Assembly (NCBI GenBank): GCA_965216315.1
Contig: CBDCFN010000012.1
Span: 1-11,014 of the forward strand
DNA: 11,014 nucleotides
Direction: 5' to 3'
Source: a bacterium
GTDB lineage: Bacteria; UBA10199; 2-02-FULL-50-16; JAJFLM01
Shown here one piece after another: positions 7,175 through 11,014 of the stretch; the first letter of the stretch is position 1; every line of letters starts with the position of its first letter. The notes below the pieces were generated by a model. That model was not told the origin of the DNA. It worked only from the letters and a program-made list of their open reading frames with translations, and did no database searches. A program made the translations under genes and the position numbers.

Positions 7175-7362
7175 TGGAGAGCCTATTTCTCATAGGCTCC
7201 CGTGTCTGGGCTCACATCAAGGGTCGGTATCGACCCGCACACGTCATAAAGTATGGAAAGCGCGGCAAGCGCAAGAACCTGATTTGTATCAGGTTGGTCA
7301 ACAATCAGCGTGAAATCTTTGTTGAGCCTAATTCATTAACCGCCAGGAGGTGTCGGCCATGA
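7174..7362 (+). CDS. Small basic protein (62 aa), SH3/Tudor-like beta-barrel pattern
   Basis: Start reassigned to 7174 (TAATG overlap; GAGG upstream); IGSRVWAHIKGRYRPAHVI. Confidence 0.62.
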   Translation: MESLFLIGSRVWAHIKGRYRPAHVIKYGKRGKRKNLICIRLVNNQREIFVEPNSLTARRCRP

Positions 7363-7553
7363 ATAAGTTTGCGCGAACATGGAAGAAGTTGAGAGGTGAT
7401 GTTCACCGCCCACTTATCGAAGTAATGACTGAGCCGCAAACCTACGGCGAGAAGATGCTTAAGCTCAAAGTAGAGTTTGTCATGTTCGTCGGCATTGGGT
7501 GTGCGTTCTTCTTATCCCTGGCCATCTTCTGGAAAGCAGCGGGGATATCATGA
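7359..7553 (+). CDS. Small protein with C-terminal TM helix (64 aa)
   Basis: AGGAGG at 7345-7350; ATGA overlap; FVMFVGIGCAFFLSLAIFW. Confidence 0.7.
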   Translation: MNKFARTWKKLRGDVHRPLIEVMTEPQTYGEKMLKLKVEFVMFVGIGCAFFLSLAIFWKAAGIS

Positions 7554-7777
7554 TGATAGATCAATTTAAACAAATCGAGATGCTGCGCGATTTTCTATTT
7601 TCAGTAATGGATCGAGAGACTGAGAACGTTAATCGCGTTATCGAATCCTTAGTCCGGTGCGACATGGACGAAATCAAGCAGGTAAAAAACATCTTAGAGG
7701 TAGGTGTCCGACGAATCGAGCGTGTTGCTAATTGTGGGTGTATAGATGAATCCAAAGGATATCACGTTCAAGTCTAG
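7550..7777 (+). CDS. Hypothetical helical protein (75 aa)
   Basis: Start reassigned to 7550 or 7553 (ATGA overlap, GGGGA RBS). Confidence 0.6.
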   Translation: MMIDQFKQIEMLRDFLFSVMDRETENVNRVIESLVRCDMDEIKQVKNILEVGVRRIERVANCGCIDESKGYHVQV

Positions 7778-8114
7778 CCGATACCGGCTATGGCTTCGAA
7801 ATAATGAGTGTTGCCCCTTCTGTGAGGAAGAGTTGCTTAATGAGCCAGAGAGCTATCAAGGGCATCACCATTATCACAGCGGGGGAAAGCGTCCTTCAGA
7901 TCATTTAATCGTTCCTATGTGTACTCCTTGTCACAGCAAGTTTCATGAAAACGAAGCGGCATTCAACGAGAAATACGGCATGACCGATCAGAAGTGGCTC
8001 TTAATCATTATCGGGTGTCTCGCAAGATACATTGAAAGTATGAACGTCAATTGCTTGTGGATGATCATTAAGACCCTACAAGGGGCGATGGTTACTGCGG
8101 AGAAATACAAATGA
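7746..8114 (+). CDS. Zn-binding HNH-like phage protein (DUF968/DUF1364-like)
   Basis: Y..WLR...CPFC ... GHH ... G.K.SD..IVPMCTPCH..FH pattern. Confidence 0.75.
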   Translation: MNPKDITFKSSRYRLWLRNNECCPFCEEELLNEPESYQGHHHYHSGGKRPSDHLIVPMCTPCHSKFHENEAAFNEKYGMTDQKWLLIIIGCLARYIESMNVNCLWMIIKTLQGAMVTAEKYK

Positions 8115-8414
8115 TCCTCTCTCTCCCTCAAAACGTGATCGGTTTCCCAAACTTTTACGTGGCAATGTGCGCTCCGGCAAATGCGAGTCTCGCGCCGTCA
8201 GTTGCGCAGCCGGATATGGTATTTCGATAAGAAGAACGTCGAGTGGTACAAACCGCCGTTTCGAGTAGGCTCTATTTATTCAGAGGGACTTGTAACGGGA
8301 GTATCGGTTGTCTCTTACATGGACATGACTGCAAGTGAGTTCAGTGCGACTCTCGTCTATCGGGGGATGCCGGACTGGTTTTGGAAGTACGCGACGGAAT
8401 GGGGTCAGCAATGA
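8111..8414 (+). CDS. Hypothetical protein, possibly a frameshifted ASCH-like gene (39-aa ORF 8111-8230 plus 77-aa ORF 8181-8414)
   Basis: The coupled ATGA start at 8111 opens only a short frame; the longer frame has no RBS but is coupled at its end (ATGA 8411). Confidence 0.4.
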
Positions 8415-8435
8415 ACTTATACAATGAGGAGTGCA

Positions 8436-8531
8436 ATGATAACGGGAGATAAGAAGGGCTGTGGTTATGAGGGAGGCGACTATGGTTGCCCTTATTTTCA
8501 TTATTATTGTCACGGAAGGGCGGCGGGATGA
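8436..8531 (+). CDS. 31-aa Cys/Gly/Tyr-rich peptide (not in the ORF track): MITGDKKGCGYEGGDYGCPYFHYYCHGRAAG
   Basis: GAGGAG at 8426-8431; stop overlaps the next start (ATGA 8528-8531). Confidence 0.5.
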   Translation: MITGDKKGCGYEGGDYGCPYFHYYCHGRAAG

Positions 8532-8779
8532 GTGAATTAAAGGTTGGCGATACAGTTCAATATTACGGCCTGATGAATCCCCTTAGCGATTATATAGGCA
8601 CAGCCAAGGTAAAAATGATCGCGCCGATGCATAGCGGTGGTGAGAACATGATTTGGCTCGAAGGAGTTGCGAGCGCTTGGCATCCCGATGCAGTTGTCAA
8701 GGTGGAAGAGGAAAAGGAGCCCTTGATTCAGAATCAAGGCGTGGCGTCTCGTAAGCACGGACTATTCTCCCCGGAATAG
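8528..8779 (+). CDS. Hypothetical phage protein (83 aa), SH3-like start (LKVGDTVQY)
   Basis: Start reassigned to ATG 8528 (GGAAGGG upstream, ATGA overlap). Confidence 0.7.
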   Translation: MSELKVGDTVQYYGLMNPLSDYIGTAKVKMIAPMHSGGENMIWLEGVASAWHPDAVVKVEEEKEPLIQNQGVASRKHGLFSPE

Positions 8780-8833
8780 TGACTAAGAGGAATGCGGGGC
8801 GTCACGTCCGATTGATCTTTTAAATTTGTTAAA

Positions 8834-9014
8834 GTCAGTCTCTTGAGAGGGGAGATAACCACACGATACTAGCCGTCATCAGGTGTGGAAATCACTCGGA
8901 CTGCAATAGGCGGCACGGGCTCCCGACGTGCAGAAGGTAGCAAGACCGCCAGAGACTCTTGAAGGTACCTGGGTGGCTCCAGCATCCGACAGGAGCCTCG
9001 CTTAAGGGACTGAC
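8834..9014 (+). ncRNA. Putative structured ncRNA (about 180 nt, multibranch), family not recognised
   Basis: 14-bp closing helix 8834-8847/9001-9014 (two G-U pairs, which favour the + strand). Internal helices CCACAC/GTGTGG (8859-64/8883-88), GGCGG/CCGCC (8909-13/8946-50), CACG/CGTG and GGCTCC/GGAGCC (8975-80/8992-97). No long ORF. Confidence 0.65.
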
Positions 9015-9019
9015 AAAGT

Positions 9020-9146
9020 TTGCAGCAGGCAGCGGCGTGGAAGGACACGCATGTTGAGTGCCAAGGTAGCGGGCAGGTGCCGCACTCTAGTGTCGACTAA
9101 TGGTCGTACCCGCTAGCCGGTTTCGATTCCGGCCTGCTGGCTGCAA
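9020..9146 (+). ncRNA. tRNA-like ncRNA, copy 1 (not a canonical tRNA)
   Basis: Closing stem 9020-9032/9134-9146 (12 of 13 paired), 2-nt linker, GCGTG-GAAGGA-CACGC arm, 65-nt insert, GCCGG-TTTCGATT-CCGGC arm stacked directly on the closing stem. Confidence 0.75.
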
Positions 9147-9150
9147 TTAG

Positions 9151-9288
9151 TTTGGAATGAGGAGCGGCGTTGAAGGAAACGCGGGACGGAGTAGCCCCAT
9201 TCGATACGCGAAAGCGTATGTCCGTTGCGCCCGCTAGGGCTGGCTATGCGATGGGAGCCGGTGTCGAGTCCGGTCACCTCGTTTCTAA
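9151..9288 (+). ncRNA. tRNA-like ncRNA, copy 2 (not a canonical tRNA)
   Basis: Closing stem 9151-9164/9275-9288 (12 of 14 paired), 2-nt linker, GCGTT-GAAGGA-AACGC arm, 74-nt insert including ATACGC-GAAA-GCGTAT, GCCGG-TGTCGAGT-CCGGT arm. Confidence 0.75.
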
Positions 9289-9308
9289 TCTAAACTGCGA
9301 AAGGTAGA

Positions 9309-9515
9309 ATGATGGCGACAAGTGCGCGAAAATATCGGGTCAGGTACAAACCTTTGAAGGCCACCGATGAAACACGTCGAAGAGCGGGCAAGGACATCTT
9401 AAACGTTGTTGCGAGTACCAAAGATGAAAAAGAGAGCCGCGTTATACATGCGGGTGAGTTCGGATCGTCAGCGCGAAAAGACGACCATTCAGTCGCAGAA
9501 GGATATATTGCCTAA
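9309..9515 (+). CDS. Small basic protein overlapping the integrase start (68 aa)
   Basis: AAAGG RBS upstream of ATGATG; K/R-rich N-terminus; 92-nt overlap with the integrase in another frame. Confidence 0.45.
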   Translation: MMATSARKYRVRYKPLKATDETRRRAGKDILNVVASTKDEKESRVIHAGEFGSSARKDDHSVAEGYIA

Positions 9516-10980
9516 AGTTGCTCGCGATCAGGGATTCAAGATCGTGGGGACTTACATAGACGATGGCATCTCAGGTGAGACCATCGAGGATAGGCCAGGG
9601 TTTATGCAACTACTGAGTGACGCTGAAGACAAGAAATTCGATGCAGTGTTTGTGATTGATTTGGACCGGCTCTCACGGGCGACGAATCAAATGCAGACGG
9701 CTTATATTCACAACGTCATGCGCCAAAATGGCATCACGCTGCACACTCCATATCAACAGCTGGACCTCACTAATGAAGATGATGACATGATGGCCGAGCT
9801 ATTCGCCATGCTGGCCAAGAGAGAGAAGAACAAAATCAAGTCCCGGACATCGAGGGGCCGGATTGCAAGCTGGAAGCGAGGCAAGCACGCGCACGGCACA
9901 GTTCCTTTTGGGTACAGGGATGAAGAGGGGAAGTATGTCATAGAACCGTCAGAGGCCCGAATCATCAGACTTATCTATGACTTGGCGCTTTCGGGGATGG
10001 GCTCCGAATCCATTTGCAATGAGCTTAATGCCAGGGGAGAGCCGACGCCAACTGAGATGAGAGAGCGAAACGCACGGAGAGTGCAGACCGGATGGGCGAA
10101 GACGACAGTTCGCAGATTCTTAAGCCAAAAGACGTACTATGGTGATCTTTTTGTGGGGATTCGAACGCGCGAGGGCAAGAAGACAGTGATGAAGCCTAAA
10201 TCAGAGTGGATCAAAATAGATGTACCGCCTATCGTCACGCGGGCCGAGTATGATCAAGTCAGAGAGTTAGCCAAAAAGAACCAGACGTTTTCAGGTAACT
10301 ACAAAAGGGTGTATCTTTTATCGCATCTTATTCGATGTGGTGAGTGTGGTGCATCGCTGGTCGGTGAAGATTCAAGCGGTCGCGGTTATTACATCTGTTA
10401 TTCGCGCAGGAAGAGAAAAACTTGCGATCTCCCCTGGCAGCATTCGGAAGAACTCGATCGCGCCGTGTGGAAGAGTGTGGAGCGTCTGCTATGCGATCCT
10501 GACTTTCTCAAGAAGCAGATTCAGCAGTCGTATCACGAGCGCATCACGAGCCTTGAAACGGGATTGACGAAAGATAAGTTGGAAAAGCTAATCGCGAAAA
10601 AAGTTGTTGAACGTGATGGCATGTTAAGACTCTTCCGGCGCGGAAAGATCGATGATGATGCACTGGACAAGCAATTGTCCGACATTGACCGTGAAGAGGC
10701 CATCCTCAAAAAGAACCTCGAACACCTTAAAAATAGGGAGAAACACGAACGCAAACTGGCACGCAGCTTGAATCAGATTGATACTGCGGTTAGAGAGGCG
10801 AAGGGAAAAATCACTTCTTTGGGATTAAAAGAACGACAAAAAGTGCTACAATTATTAACGTACACGGGGCGCCCGAATATCGTGATCCACAAAAACGGTG
10901 AGATCGAACTTTATGGGCTCTTGGACTTTGAAAATGCTGAAAACTTGGCTCCAAAAATTGCTGAAATTACCCGCCTTTAG
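9424..10980 (+). CDS. Large serine recombinase (phage integrase), about 518 aa
   Basis: AALYMRVSSDRQ (catalytic Ser12), D.GISG...RPGF, DLDRLSR, PFGY recombinase domain, zinc ribbon (CGECG...YYIC...C) and coiled coil. Start reassigned to ATG 9424. Confidence 0.96.
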   Translation: MKKRAALYMRVSSDRQREKTTIQSQKDILPKVARDQGFKIVGTYIDDGISGETIEDRPGFMQLLSDAEDKKFDAVFVIDLDRLSRATNQMQTAYIHNVMRQNGITLHTPYQQLDLTNEDDDMMAELFAMLAKREKNKIKSRTSRGRIASWKRGKHAHGTVPFGYRDEEGKYVIEPSEARIIRLIYDLALSGMGSESICNELNARGEPTPTEMRERNARRVQTGWAKTTVRRFLSQKTYYGDLFVGIRTREGKKTVMKPKSEWIKIDVPPIVTRAEYDQVRELAKKNQTFSGNYKRVYLLSHLIRCGECGASLVGEDSSGRGYYICYSRRKRKTCDLPWQHSEELDRAVWKSVERLLCDPDFLKKQIQQSYHERITSLETGLTKDKLEKLIAKKVVERDGMLRLFRRGKIDDDALDKQLSDIDREEAILKKNLEHLKNREKHERKLARSLNQIDTAVREAKGKITSLGLKERQKVLQLLTYTGRPNIVIHKNGEIELYGLLDFENAENLAPKIAEITRL

Positions 10981-11014
10981 ACTTAGTGGGATCGTAAACA
11001 CAACAATAAGATAT

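Larger units (their letters stand above)
1..11014. mobile_element. Temperate phage / prophage segment (lysis - cargo - immunity - early genes - integrase); boundaries not visible
   Basis: Amidase endolysin with spanin pair, divergent HTH repressor/Cro pair, many small translationally coupled ORFs (ATGA/TAATG overlaps) and a large serine recombinase occur together. Confidence 0.92.

Noticed and set aside
8761..8780. Intrinsic terminator ACTATTC-TCCCCG-GAATAGT
   Set aside because: The hairpin is real but AT-rich, overlaps the stop codon and has no U-tract.
8834..9014. 6S RNA
   Set aside because: The size fits, but the pairing is multibranched rather than a long rod with a central bubble.
9031..9275. 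CRISPR array
   Set aside because: Only two copies of two different structured motifs, spacers are 65-74 nt and self-folding, and no cas genes are present.
9020..9288. Canonical tRNA genes, tRNA-Sec or tmRNA
   Set aside because: No 5-bp/7-nt anticodon arm, 8-nt T loops and no CCA. Too short for tmRNA, with no tag ORF or G-U alanine acceptor end.
746..10754. Antisense or alternate-frame ORFs in the track (746-997, 1258-1494, 1651-1887, 1680-1964, 2634-2888, 4078-4278, 4860-5087, 5059-5247, 5525-5773, 6284-6577, 7561-7755, 8280-8513, 8537-8758, 9753-9965, 10337-10567, 10533-10754)
   Set aside because: They shadow better-supported genes and show no recognisable motifs or coupling.
10960..11014. 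attL/attR site after the integrase
   Set aside because: Position is plausible, but I see no convincing inverted repeat and no second copy in the window.

Overview
Part of a temperate phage (prophage) of a diderm bacterium. From left to right: the end of the late operon (a probable tail/structural gene, three candidate holin/membrane genes, a T7-lysozyme-like amidase endolysin and an overlapping i-spanin/o-spanin pair); a leftward cargo block co-oriented with the repressor (an unannotated 56-aa peptide plus an SDH/ClpP-fold serine protease with their own promoter, a stand-alone triple helicase-associated (HA) repeat protein, membrane proteins, a probable gene remnant and an RHH-like protein); a divergent CI/Cro switch; a tightly coupled string of small early genes; about 530 bp with no long ORF; and a large serine integrase. 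The most striking signal is in that ORF-free stretch. It holds three back-to-back structured RNA candidates. Two of them (9020-9146, 9151-9288) share a tRNA-like frame (long acceptor-like stem, D-like arm with a GAAGGA loop, T-like arm with an 8-nt loop). Both lack a CCA end and carry unrelated 65-74 nt pseudoknot-capable inserts where the anticodon arm should be. All family assignments come from motif recognition by eye; no searches were run.
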